IMG/VR virus record: IMGVR_UViG_3300012349_000006 | Span: 1 to 58,164 of that record | DNA from: a virus | Lineage: Duplodnaviria; Caudoviricetes | DNA: 58,164 nt | Direction: 5' to 3' (one strand) | In this document: in pieces, positions 38,001 through 47,012 of the stretch | Layout: the number at the start of each line of letters is the position of its first letter | Position numbering within the stretch: position 1 is the first letter of the stretch | Notes under the pieces: model-generated | The model's input: the letters and a program-made list of their open reading frames with translations, nothing else | What the model was told of the DNA's origin: nothing | The model's database searches: none | Translations under genes and position numbers: made by a program

Positions 38001-39592
38001 TGATCCAACTACGTTACTATCAGCAGGAAGCTTTAGACGCATTGTATAAATACTTTGCTGATGGTAATTCTGGCAACCCGTTAATCGGCCTTCCTACTGG
38101 CACTGGCAAATCTGTGCTTCCTGCTGCTTTCATTCAAGCGATCATGAAGCAATGGCCCAATCAACGCTTCCTGATGATCACTCATGTAAAGGAACTGATA
38201 TCGCAAAATGCGAATGTACTTTTAAAAGTTTGGCCGGAAGCTCCGCTTGGTATCTATTCATCTGGTTTAAAACTTAAACATACAGCACAACCAATTATCT
38301 TTGGTGGTGTACAGTCTATGATCAGAAACCCGCAAATGTTCGGTCATAGAGATATTGTCTTTGTTGATGAAGCGCATTTGGTATCGGCTGATGATAGCAG
38401 CCAATATCAGAACTTTTTTGCTGTTATGAAGCTGATCAATCCTAATTTAAAAATTATTGGCATGTCGGCTACCCTATACCGCATGGGAATGGGGATGATA
38501 ACAGAAAATGGATTGTTTACCGATGTAGTTTATGACAAAACTGATATGGATGGCTTTAATGAGTTAGTAGCTCAAGGCTACATGGCTCCATTGATACCAT
38601 TGAGAACTAAAATCGAGTTAGATGTTTCAGATGTTAGTGTGCAAAAAGGTGAATTTGTAGCAACCCAATTGCAAGGTGCGGTAGACAAGGCTCACATAAC
38701 ATTTAAAGCATTGCAGGAATTTGTACATGCCGGATACAACAGAAAATCTTGGCTTATATTCGCTTCAGGTATTGAACACGCTGAACATATCGCGGAGCAA
38801 CTTGGAGCGTTTGGAATTGATTGTGCGCCAGTGCATTCAAAACGACTAAGCGACTATAACGACGCGGCAATTAAAGCGTTTAAGAAAAATGAACTTAGAG
38901 CTATCGTTAATTATGGTAAACTTACAACGGGATTTGACCATCCAGAAATAGACCTGATTGGAATGCTGCGACCAACCTTAAGCGTTCCTTTATGGGTACA
39001 GATGTTAGGAAGGGGCACTAGACCGGCTGATGGTAAGTCTAATTGTATGGTGCTTGACTTCGCGCGCAATACGCCGCGACTTGGTCCTATCAATGATCCC
39101 GTTATCCCTAAAATGCGTAAAGGTGACGTTGGCGAAATGCCGGTCAAAATATGCGAGACATGCGGAGCTTATAATCATGTCAAGGTGCGGTTTTGCTGTC
39201 AGTGTGGGGAAGAATTTTCATTTCAAGTCAAGATTGTTAGCCATGCTGGTAGTGACGAATTACTAAGAGCAGCCGCCGTAGAGCCAACGCCGATCATTGA
39301 AACGTTTAATGTCAGATACGCAACCTACAATAAGCATATCAAGATTGGAAAACCTCCTACACTCAAGACGACCTACTACACGTCAGGTCTAGCCTTCAAC
39401 GAATACATTTGCCTTGAACACGCTGGCATGGCTGGTAAGATGGCTAGAGACTGGTGGAGGAAGCGTCACAGGACGGAACCACCAGCTACCATTGACCAAG
39501 CTCTTAATTTTGTGGCAGAGCTACGCTGTCCAAGGTTTTTAAGAGTGCATGTCAATAAGCTGCATCCTGAAATATTAAGCGCAGAGTTCTGA
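38000..39592 (+). CDS. SF2 (DEAH-box) helicase, RadD/YejH-like, with zinc finger
   Basis: LRYYQ, PTGTGKS, DEAH, SAT, LTTGFD, QMLGRGTR, CETC..CCQC. Confidence 0.93.
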   Translation: MIQLRYYQQEALDALYKYFADGNSGNPLIGLPTGTGKSVLPAAFIQAIMKQWPNQRFLMITHVKELISQNANVLLKVWPEAPLGIYSSGLKLKHTAQPIIFGGVQSMIRNPQMFGHRDIVFVDEAHLVSADDSSQYQNFFAVMKLINPNLKIIGMSATLYRMGMGMITENGLFTDVVYDKTDMDGFNELVAQGYMAPLIPLRTKIELDVSDVSVQKGEFVATQLQGAVDKAHITFKALQEFVHAGYNRKSWLIFASGIEHAEHIAEQLGAFGIDCAPVHSKRLSDYNDAAIKAFKKNELRAIVNYGKLTTGFDHPEIDLIGMLRPTLSVPLWVQMLGRGTRPADGKSNCMVLDFARNTPRLGPINDPVIPKMRKGDVGEMPVKICETCGAYNHVKVRFCCQCGEEFSFQVKIVSHAGSDELLRAAAVEPTPIIETFNVRYATYNKHIKIGKPPTLKTTYYTSGLAFNEYICLEHAGMAGKMARDWWRKRHRTEPPATIDQALNFVAELRCPRFLRVHVNKLHPEILSAEF

Positions 39593-39594
39593 TT

Positions 39595-39837
39595 ATGTAT
39601 AAACAACCAAAACCAATTATCAGACAAAATAATCATGTTGATTTCCATTCGGCTATTCAAACGGCTGTAGACAACGTAATTAAAAATCCAATGACAATGC
39701 CTTATCAGAATTGTTTGAACTGCAAGCATTGGAAGCCTACAGATGATATTTGCGGATTATATAAAGCAAAGCCGCCAACTGAGATAATTGTTTACTCCTG
39801 TCCTAGCTATGAAGATGATATGGATATACCTTTCTAA
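39595..39837 (+). CDS. small Cys-rich protein ending in an SSB-like acidic tip
   Basis: CLNCKHW..C..C; C-terminus EDDMDIPF. Confidence 0.75.
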   Translation: MYKQPKPIIRQNNHVDFHSAIQTAVDNVIKNPMTMPYQNCLNCKHWKPTDDICGLYKAKPPTEIIVYSCPSYEDDMDIPF

Positions 39838-40847
39838 TGGCACGTCAACCACGCGCAAAAGTAGAGCAGAAAACTAATGCCTTATTACAGGCATTGGAGT
39901 TTTGCTCCTGTGTCTCTGAAAAGCTTGGGGCAAGCTATGAAACGCATATTGGGTTACGCAGCAATTGGGCTGTTGCCTTTAACGGCATTGTCGCTGCTGG
40001 TAGTCCTATCGCTGAAGATATCTTATGTCATCCCCACAATCTGTTGTTTATTGAAGCCTTGTCAAAATGTGACGACAATTTTTCACTTACCCAATTGGAC
40101 AATAACAGGCTCTCCATAAAGTCGGGAAAGTTCAAAGCTGTAGTCCCTTGCCTTGATCCGGCTTTGATGCAGTCTGCTATTCCTGATCCTCCTATTGTCA
40201 CCATCACAAATAAATTTAAAGAGGCTATAGAGGCTGTAGGAGTGCTGGCAAGTGAGAACGCACAGCATGTACTGACTGCATCGGTACTGATGAATGGGCC
40301 ATCTGTGATATCGACTAACCGCAAAATGATCTTTGAATATTGGCACGGGTTAGACCTTCCTCCTAACATACCTCTACCAAAACAGTTTGTAGCGGCATTG
40401 GTAAAACAGAAAAAGAATTTATCCAAATTTGGCTTTAGCAAGTCGTCAGCTACATTTTATTTTGAGGATGGTTGTTGGTTAAGAACACAACTCTACTCCG
40501 ATAACTGGCCTGATATATCCAATATCTTAAATCGCGAAGCTAACCTATGGCCGATTGATCCAAATTTTTTCAAGGCTCTTGAAGCTGTTGCGCCATTTTC
40601 AGAAGATGGAAATGTTTACTTTGATACCAATCTGATCATGTCACATGCTGATCATGGCGTAGGAGCTAGTCACGAATGTAACGGATTGCCAAAAGGCGCT
40701 ACCTATCCGGCTAAACAACTCATGATGCTAAAGCCTCATGTGAAGAAAATTGATTACATGGCTAAAAACAGTCACGATAGTACAGGCTATATGCTTAAAT
40801 TTGAAGGTGATAATGTCAGAGGGTTAATCGCGGGGCGAGAGCGATAA
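39837..40847 (+). CDS. DNA polymerase III beta-clamp-like sliding clamp
   Basis: 336 aa just before the polymerase; AFNG, LSIKSGKFKA, STNRK, RTQLY..WPD pattern. Confidence 0.7.
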   Translation: MARQPRAKVEQKTNALLQALEFCSCVSEKLGASYETHIGLRSNWAVAFNGIVAAGSPIAEDILCHPHNLLFIEALSKCDDNFSLTQLDNNRLSIKSGKFKAVVPCLDPALMQSAIPDPPIVTITNKFKEAIEAVGVLASENAQHVLTASVLMNGPSVISTNRKMIFEYWHGLDLPPNIPLPKQFVAALVKQKKNLSKFGFSKSSATFYFEDGCWLRTQLYSDNWPDISNILNREANLWPIDPNFFKALEAVAPFSEDGNVYFDTNLIMSHADHGVGASHECNGLPKGATYPAKQLMMLKPHVKKIDYMAKNSHDSTGYMLKFEGDNVRGLIAGRER

Positions 40848-42784
40848 TGCAGCAGCTAACCTCTGAAGGCTTGATCAGTCTAGACAAAAGCGTACAGCTA
40901 CTTCCTTATAAGCCGCGTCAATTTATTGAACGCGAGTTTATGACCGATGCTGAAATATTAGCTAATGTCGGCGGTACGCTATTATGCGACGTTGAATTGT
41001 ATCCTAATTATTACCTGTGCTCATTCAAGCTACTCAATACCAACAAATTTATAACGCTTGAGTGTGGGGAAGGTAAATCATTTAATCCAAAATTCCTGTC
41101 TTGGCTAATGAACAGCTACAGAACGGTTGGCTTCAATTCGATTGACTATGACTTATTAATCATTTGGCTATCCTATACTACACAAGATACATACCGTCTT
41201 AAAGATGCATCCAATGATTTGATTTTGCGAGGAATGCGACCGCAGGAGCTAAAAAAGGAATACGGTTTCTTTAGCTATAAGACGCCACACATAGACTTAA
41301 TTGAAGTATCTCCGCTTAAGGGTAGCCTGAAGCTCTACGGCGCTAGGCTCCATTCGCCGCGTATTCAGGACTTGCCTATTCCTGATAACAAAGAGCTAAC
41401 GGCAGAAGAAATTGAAATTGTAAGGCAATATAATTTCAACGATCTTGACGTTACCGAACAGCTTATGAATTTCATGAAAGAGCGTTTGGAATTGCGTACA
41501 GCTATGAGTGCTGAATACAATGAAGATTTAATGAGTAAATCAGATGCTCAAATTGCTGAAGCTGTGCTATCTAAGGAAGTAGGAAAGCTAAACGGCAAGC
41601 GTCCAAAGAGAGCAGAGATAGAAGTTGGTACAATCTATCGCTATAGCATTCCTTCCTACATTGAGTATCAAGCCAACAATTTAAAAGCTATGCTTGGCAG
41701 GATCAGGGTAGCCAAGTTCATTGTCAACGGTTATGGCAAGATAGACTTGCCTGATGAATTAAAAGGAAGCGTTAAAATTGGCAAAGGAACTTATAGGCTT
41801 GGCATCGGCGGTTTGCACAGTTCTGAAAAAAACATTGCCTTTGTGGCAAGCGATACTACTAGCATCGTTGATAGGGACGTTGCTAGTTATTATCCTCGCA
41901 TAATTACTACACTTAGTTTATATCCGCAATCAATGGGACCGGCGTTTTTAGAAATTTATGAAAAATTGATCTTGAGCAGACTAGCTGATAAAAAAGCAAA
42001 GCGAATGGTGCAGAGTAACGGTAAGAAAGTTGTCATCAACGGTACATCTGGTAAGTTTAGTGACGTTTGGAGTTGTGTCTACGCTCCTGATCTAACCATT
42101 CAAGTGACTGTCACCGGGCAACTAGCCTTGCTCATGCTCATAGAGATGGTGGAGCTACACGGCATAGAAGTGATAAGTGCTAACACAGACGGCATTGTAA
42201 TGAGTGTAGGCAAAGACAAAGAGGATGCCTTAAAATACTGTGTGAGTGAATGGGAACGGCGCACCGGATTTGAAACCGAAGAAACAAGGTATAAGGGATA
42301 TTACGCCAGAGACGTTAACGCCTATTTTGCAATCAAGCTTGATGGATCAGTTAAGAAGAAAGGTCCATACAGCGAAGTAGGTTCGCAGTCTGGAACACAG
42401 CTAGACACTAATCCGATGGTGCTAATTTGCTCTGATGCAGTGGAAGCTTTGCTATCAAAAGGAATACCAATTGAACAAACCATTAAAGAATGTAAGAATT
42501 TTAATAGATTTGTTACAGTTAGACAGGTCAAAGGTGGCGCGCATAAAAACAAAGAATATCTTGGTAAGGTTGTCAGATGGGCATATATCAAAGGGGAAAC
42601 CGGAACGATTAATTATGTACAGACGGGTAATAAGGTAGCCGAAACTGATGGAGCCGTACCTTTCATGGATATGCCTATAGAGTTCCCCACAAACATCAAT
42701 TATGACTGGTATATTGCTAAGGCTAGGGAGATACTAGAAGAAATAGGACATACGCCAAAGCCAAAACAATTGCAGTTCTTTTAA
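40847..42784 (+). CDS. family B-type DNA polymerase with 3'-5' exonuclease
   Basis: Exo DVE, GFNSIDYD, YNFND; Pol DVASYYP, KVVINGTSGK, ANTDG; C-terminal QLQFF. Confidence 0.92.
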   Translation: MQQLTSEGLISLDKSVQLLPYKPRQFIEREFMTDAEILANVGGTLLCDVELYPNYYLCSFKLLNTNKFITLECGEGKSFNPKFLSWLMNSYRTVGFNSIDYDLLIIWLSYTTQDTYRLKDASNDLILRGMRPQELKKEYGFFSYKTPHIDLIEVSPLKGSLKLYGARLHSPRIQDLPIPDNKELTAEEIEIVRQYNFNDLDVTEQLMNFMKERLELRTAMSAEYNEDLMSKSDAQIAEAVLSKEVGKLNGKRPKRAEIEVGTIYRYSIPSYIEYQANNLKAMLGRIRVAKFIVNGYGKIDLPDELKGSVKIGKGTYRLGIGGLHSSEKNIAFVASDTTSIVDRDVASYYPRIITTLSLYPQSMGPAFLEIYEKLILSRLADKKAKRMVQSNGKKVVINGTSGKFSDVWSCVYAPDLTIQVTVTGQLALLMLIEMVELHGIEVISANTDGIVMSVGKDKEDALKYCVSEWERRTGFETEETRYKGYYARDVNAYFAIKLDGSVKKKGPYSEVGSQSGTQLDTNPMVLICSDAVEALLSKGIPIEQTIKECKNFNRFVTVRQVKGGAHKNKEYLGKVVRWAYIKGETGTINYVQTGNKVAETDGAVPFMDMPIEFPTNINYDWYIAKAREILEEIGHTPKPKQLQFF

Positions 42785-42793
42785 AAATAAGTG

Positions 42794-42822
42794 TTGACTA
42801 GCTATTATTGCACGTCTATTGT
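42794..42822 (+). promoter_or_regulatory. sigma70-type promoter
   Basis: TTGACT-N17-TATTGT followed by a GATGGAG leader. Confidence 0.7.
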
Positions 42823-42847
42823 ATGCGTGAAAGATGGAGCAAACTAG

Positions 42848-43051
42848 ATGGATTTCCTTAGATATGTAGTTGAAGCTAAAGATCAATATGGTTGGTTTGA
42901 CTATGCTTTTCTTACTACACTTGAGGAAGCCACTAAGCTAGCTAAGGATTTAAAAGAAGGTTTCGGTGATAACATCAGGGTTATTGATCGCCTTAATATG
43001 ATAGAATACGATCAGTTGACGGAAGCAACACGCGATCCTGATTTTAACTGA
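42848..43051 (+). CDS. hypothetical protein with its own promoter
   Basis: 67-aa ORF. Confidence 0.75.
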   Translation: MDFLRYVVEAKDQYGWFDYAFLTTLEEATKLAKDLKEGFGDNIRVIDRLNMIEYDQLTEATRDPDFN

Positions 43052-43083
43052 AAAAAGAGCCTCCTGAGAGGCTCTTTCCTTTT
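43051..43083. terminator. bidirectional terminator between convergent operons
   Basis: AAAGAGCCTC-CTGA-GAGGCTCTTT. Confidence 0.8.
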
Positions 43084-43137
43084 GGGCTGTCTAGCTACCC
43101 CTTACCGATTTTAACGAACGTAGCCCCGGTTTCTAGG

Positions 43138-43575
43138 TCACGGCGCTAGGTATTTTTTGTAGGCTTCTACCCAGTTCTGAGAGATGGCGTTTTGCGCCTG
43201 TCGCGGCGTCAAGGTTCCATCACAGATCAGCTTGTGCAGCCGGTTTTCAAGAGCGTCTTTCTGGTGCGCGTTCCAGCTAGCGGCGTTGGATTGCGGCCAC
43301 AGGTTCTTGATATCGTTACTCCCGCCTAATTCCAGCGATATCAAATGGTCTACTTCGCAGCCAGATTGCTTGCACCAGCCTGTCTTATTGGTTAAACCAT
43401 AGAGCTTAAAAACTTTATTTTTAGTTGCTGTTGATACATTGCGTATAGCTGATGTATGACTAGAACATATGTCAGCTTTATTTGTTGTTCTAACTGCTCC
43501 CGGCGTTTTGCTGATATCATTTAGAGCACCTTGCGCCAGCAACGCACAGGTAACAGCAGCTAATAAGCAAGTCAT
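43138..43575 (-). CDS. HNH/His-Me-finger nuclease-like protein, probably exported
   Basis: EVDHLISLELGGSNDIKNLWPQ..KDALEN; hydrophobic N-terminus MTCLLAAVTCALLAQGA. Confidence 0.7.
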   Translation of the reverse strand: MTCLLAAVTCALLAQGALNDISKTPGAVRTTNKADICSSHTSAIRNVSTATKNKVFKLYGLTNKTGWCKQSGCEVDHLISLELGGSNDIKNLWPQSNAASWNAHQKDALENRLHKLICDGTLTPRQAQNAISQNWVEAYKKYLAP

Positions 43576-43928
43576 TATGACATACTCCCCGGCATAAAGC
43601 AACGAATGGCAAGCTCTCCACTATAACGGATAGGCCATACCATTGTCCTGCCATCCTGATTAGGTTCCTTAATTACAGCATCGTCAGGTACATCAATCCA
43701 CAGATTATCAAGCCTGACTTGATAATGACCGTTATCGGATTTCCAATCAACATCAGCGACCGTTTCCCCATCAGCAAAAGAACAGCACAGCCCTTTACCA
43801 CTAGCTAGCTTATCAAACCAGCCATTTAATTCAGGATGGTCAAGATCATGAGCAATTGCTAGCTCAAAACCAGATATCGTACCAGTTATAAATATTAATA
43901 TCAATATGGTTAATGTGACTTTAAGCAT
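43575..43928 (-). CDS. exported Cys-containing protein
   Basis: Hydrophobic leader ending AIA; LCCSFADG..WIDVP..PNQDGR..IRCFMPG. Confidence 0.7.
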   Translation of the reverse strand: MLKVTLTILILIFITGTISGFELAIAHDLDHPELNGWFDKLASGKGLCCSFADGETVADVDWKSDNGHYQVRLDNLWIDVPDDAVIKEPNQDGRTMVWPIRYSGELAIRCFMPGSMS

Positions 43929-44119
43929 CAGCGTAACTTTACGATTTTTCGAGATGCTAAAACATCTCGCAAGCTTTGAGCAGCCCTGATCACTTCTTCT
44001 GTAGCTGTTTTTAAATTTTCCAACGATAACTTAAGACGTAGCTCTTGGATGATAAAAGTCTTATCATTGCGACCATCATCTTCATAAATACGTTTAAACT
44101 GCCGAATTACACTACGCAT
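43928..44119 (-). CDS. hypothetical protein, lysis region
   Basis: 63-aa coupled ORF. Confidence 0.6.
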   Translation of the reverse strand: MRSVIRQFKRIYEDDGRNDKTFIIQELRLKLSLENLKTATEEVIRAAQSLRDVLASRKIVKLR

Positions 44120-44357
44120 GTTTATTTCCCCTAATTTCGGCGGTTAAACTATTCATTGCGCTAGCACTACTATGCAAAGCGTCAGACATTCTATCTGCTG
44201 CTAATATGCGTTCGTCATAGCTTTCTATCAATTGATTTTCCAACATCTGAATACGCATATCCTTCTTTTCTTCGCGCTTTTCAGACTTTGTAAGCATTAC
44301 CCACAATACCAGACAAATTAGACCGGCGATACCTAATTTAAGTATTTCTTGCTCCAC
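44112..44357 (-). CDS. single-TM coiled-coil protein (holin/antiholin or i-spanin-like)
   Basis: N-terminal TM LGIAGLICLVLWVML followed by a coiled coil. Confidence 0.55.
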   Translation of the reverse strand: MEQEILKLGIAGLICLVLWVMLTKSEKREEKKDMRIQMLENQLIESYDERILAADRMSDALHSSASAMNSLTAEIRGNKHA

Positions 44358-44392
44358 CAGCCCATTTCCTCAAATCACTTTTGTTAAAATTA

Positions 44393-44683
44393 TTACTGAT
44401 CTTCAGCTAGTGCTTTAGTGGCTGCTGTTTCAAAGTCAGCATCAATTTGAGCTTCAAGAGTTTGCAACGCACCTAGCTGCTCTGGTGTGACCGCAGTATG
44501 ATCCTTAAGCACAGCTATCACATTTTTAACCATCGGAAGAACGTCGCGATATTCTTTAATAAGAACTGGCATGAGAGCTACCAATCCTTCAACAATTTTA
44601 GCAACTAATCCGGCGTTAGCTACACTTAGCGAAGGTAATAGCTGCTGAAGCAAGCCTAATGATAATTGAATTACTGCATCCAT
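44393..44683 (-). CDS. amphipathic helical protein, lysis region
   Basis: 96-aa ORF after the lipoprotein gene. Confidence 0.65.
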   Translation of the reverse strand: MDAVIQLSLGLLQQLLPSLSVANAGLVAKIVEGLVALMPVLIKEYRDVLPMVKNVIAVLKDHTAVTPEQLGALQTLEAQIDADFETAATKALAEDQ

Positions 44684-44684
44684 G

Positions 44685-45110
44685 TTAGCTAACTCCTGCT
44701 ACTTTGTATTGGTTCAAGATTTTTTTAACGCTGTCTGTTGCCGTAGTCAAAGCATCGTATAATCCCTTAGAGCCCAATTGGCCGGGATGATCGTTCATAA
44801 ATTGTATGGCGTCGTTTCTAGCTACTCTACCAGAGCGAATAGCTGGAATTAACAGCTTAGTCGCAGCAGAGCTACGGCAGAACGGAGCCGCAGTAGGGCA
44901 CTTTTTCATGTTTAAATAATTTGTAGCTGTGACTTCTACAGCGTCATATGCATTTGCTGCTACATAGATTGCTTCTGGCGAAACAGTAGTTGAAGCTCCT
45001 GCTTTAATCGTTTCGATAAAGCTGGTAATGCGTTCGCCAAATGGCGTAGAGCAGCCGCTTAATGTGCCGCCTAGTGAAAGAGCTAGTGCTAAAATTATAA
45101 GTTTTTTCAT
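44685..45110 (-). CDS. lipoprotein, possible spanin component
   Basis: MKKLIILALALSLGGTLSGC lipobox. Confidence 0.75.
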   Translation of the reverse strand: MKKLIILALALSLGGTLSGCSTPFGERITSFIETIKAGASTTVSPEAIYVAANAYDAVEVTATNYLNMKKCPTAAPFCRSSAATKLLIPAIRSGRVARNDAIQFMNDHPGQLGSKGLYDALTTATDSVKKILNQYKVAGVS

Positions 45111-45111
45111 A

Positions 45112-45420
45112 TTAAGATGCCTTTTTAATTGCTGCTGCAATTTCTGGCGTAACTGCCACTACATCATTATTATTTGGCAAAGCCTCGGCTGATGCTCTAT
45201 CAGTAATGACGGTAGTTTGTGGAAGTTTACCAACAGTATCTTTGAGTGATTGCGCTCTGGTGACAAGAGCGGGCCACAGAATAGCGCCAACTCCCATGAT
45301 GCTGCTGATTACAATAGTCCAATCGCCAGCACTGAGATTTAGCACATGCGCGCCAGCTAAATAACCAGCAGCTATGCCTATCAATGGCGCAACAGTAGAT
45401 TGCAGTTGGGTTTTATTCAT
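45112..45420 (-). CDS. holin-like two-TM protein
   Basis: Two hydrophobic helices; directly after the endolysin; AAGGA RBS. Confidence 0.65.
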   Translation of the reverse strand: MNKTQLQSTVAPLIGIAAGYLAGAHVLNLSAGDWTIVISSIMGVGAILWPALVTRAQSLKDTVGKLPQTTVITDRASAEALPNNNDVVAVTPEIAAAIKKAS

Positions 45421-45445
45421 TTTAAAAGTTCCTTTCTTTAATTGT

Positions 45446-46033
45446 TTAAGCGTGAACTCTGGCGGCTTGGAAGTGCATAGCATCAATTGAGGAAGGCGAC
45501 CAATCCCCGCCCCATACCCAATTCTCATTTAGAAAGTTATCCACAAGCGGCGTATTATGTTGAAATAAATGTTTCAAAGAATGCTGTTGATTTTGAGCCG
45601 CATCAAAATCAAATGCACAACCAAATGAATGCATGGATGGTAGTTTGCCGCCGCGCATAGGACGCACTACATATGAGCCATCAAATACATCATACCCTAG
45701 ATTGTGGGCATGATCCTGAGACTTATCAATATCAACCCAAGTCTTATTTAAAACTCTAGCTAAACTATCAGCACACTTTACATGAGAAATGATTATATTG
45801 TTTCCGGTAGTAAAATTCCAAGGACAAATGACATGCGTTAGATTAGCCATAAAGTCAGGCTGGTATGGATCACCATAAAAGGCAACAGCGTCTTTCTGCA
45901 ATGGCCAAATGTTCTTAGTGGTTTTAACAGTAGTTTTGGGAGAAGGCTTAATTATAGCAGGAACAACAGCCTTATCTTCTGCTAAAGCTCTAGCAGCGGC
46001 AGCTTCAAAGTCCTTGTCGATCTTGTTACTCAT
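45446..46033 (-). CDS. endolysin, M15 zinc peptidase
   Basis: RPMRGG..SMHSFGCAFDFD..WGGDW..DAMHFQ. Confidence 0.9.
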   Translation of the reverse strand: MSNKIDKDFEAAAARALAEDKAVVPAIIKPSPKTTVKTTKNIWPLQKDAVAFYGDPYQPDFMANLTHVICPWNFTTGNNIIISHVKCADSLARVLNKTWVDIDKSQDHAHNLGYDVFDGSYVVRPMRGGKLPSMHSFGCAFDFDAAQNQQHSLKHLFQHNTPLVDNFLNENWVWGGDWSPSSIDAMHFQAARVHA

Positions 46034-47004
46034 GGTAATGTCGCCAGTTTTGTTTTAGCCCATTGTATGCCGCCTAAATTATTAGGATGGTCCCCTTGAG
46101 AAGCGCCAGAACCAATAGTCATTGTATCTGGATCATAACCAGAATTAATATCAACATAATGTAAATTGTACCCATCAGCTATAGCTTGAGTGACCAATGA
46201 AGATAATGCTGCATTTATAGTATCTATGTTAGCTGAAGTGCAGTTTACACCATCCTTATTGTAGCCATAAGTTGTACACTTTGGTACTGACAAGATCGAA
46301 CAGAGTAATCCGTTAGCTCCGCGACCAATCCAGTCAATGAATACACGCCTTGCATCCAATGTTGTGATGGTGAATGTATGTGAGCCTGCACCAAAACCGG
46401 CTAATCGTAATGCTGCTGATGCTCGACTAGAGCTATCTATATTACGTTGAGTTGAAGATAGAGCTTGTGCAGAAAATATTCCTTGGTCTATTCCGTCAAT
46501 AGTTACCTTGAAACGCCCCATAAATGGAAGGCCATTAACAAGATAACTGGAAACCGTATAACCTAATATGAATAAATCACCATCAAATGTACCTGATGCT
46601 GTAGCAGAAGCAGCATCGGTATATTTTCCCGGTGTGATCCCGCTATTAGACCATGCTCCGGTGAAACTCCAATCATTGTTAACAGCAGGAGATTTATTGC
46701 CAGCAAGCCAAAGGGCTAAAGCGGACACGCAAGATGAAAACACACCTAGCGCAGCCGCGCCAGCACCGAAAGCGCATACATCATTAAAGCCAATCGCAAT
46801 TTCAAACCGTTCGCCAGCGACCGGCGAATGAGCAAAAATCACATCTCCTAAATCTGCTGCTACCCTGCCGCCAACGCCATTGTTTTCATAGGTTTCTCCG
46901 CGCCACAATGCCGTTAGCTCAAAATGATAGGCCCGCAACAGCGTTGTTTCGGTAATACCACCACCAGCCATATGACTACAGCCGTAACCAATCGCTTTCA
47001 TCAC
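46030..47004 (-). CDS. SGNH/GDSL esterase with inserted beta-sandwich
   Basis: Blocks YGCSHM, NNGVGG, IGFNDV, GDHPN; follows the tail fibre. Confidence 0.75.
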   Translation of the reverse strand: MMKAIGYGCSHMAGGGITETTLLRAYHFELTALWRGETYENNGVGGRVAADLGDVIFAHSPVAGERFEIAIGFNDVCAFGAGAAALGVFSSCVSALALWLAGNKSPAVNNDWSFTGAWSNSGITPGKYTDAASATASGTFDGDLFILGYTVSSYLVNGLPFMGRFKVTIDGIDQGIFSAQALSSTQRNIDSSSRASAALRLAGFGAGSHTFTITTLDARRVFIDWIGRGANGLLCSILSVPKCTTYGYNKDGVNCTSANIDTINAALSSLVTQAIADGYNLHYVDINSGYDPDTMTIGSGASQGDHPNNLGGIQWAKTKLATLP

Positions 47005-47012
47005 TCTATCCT

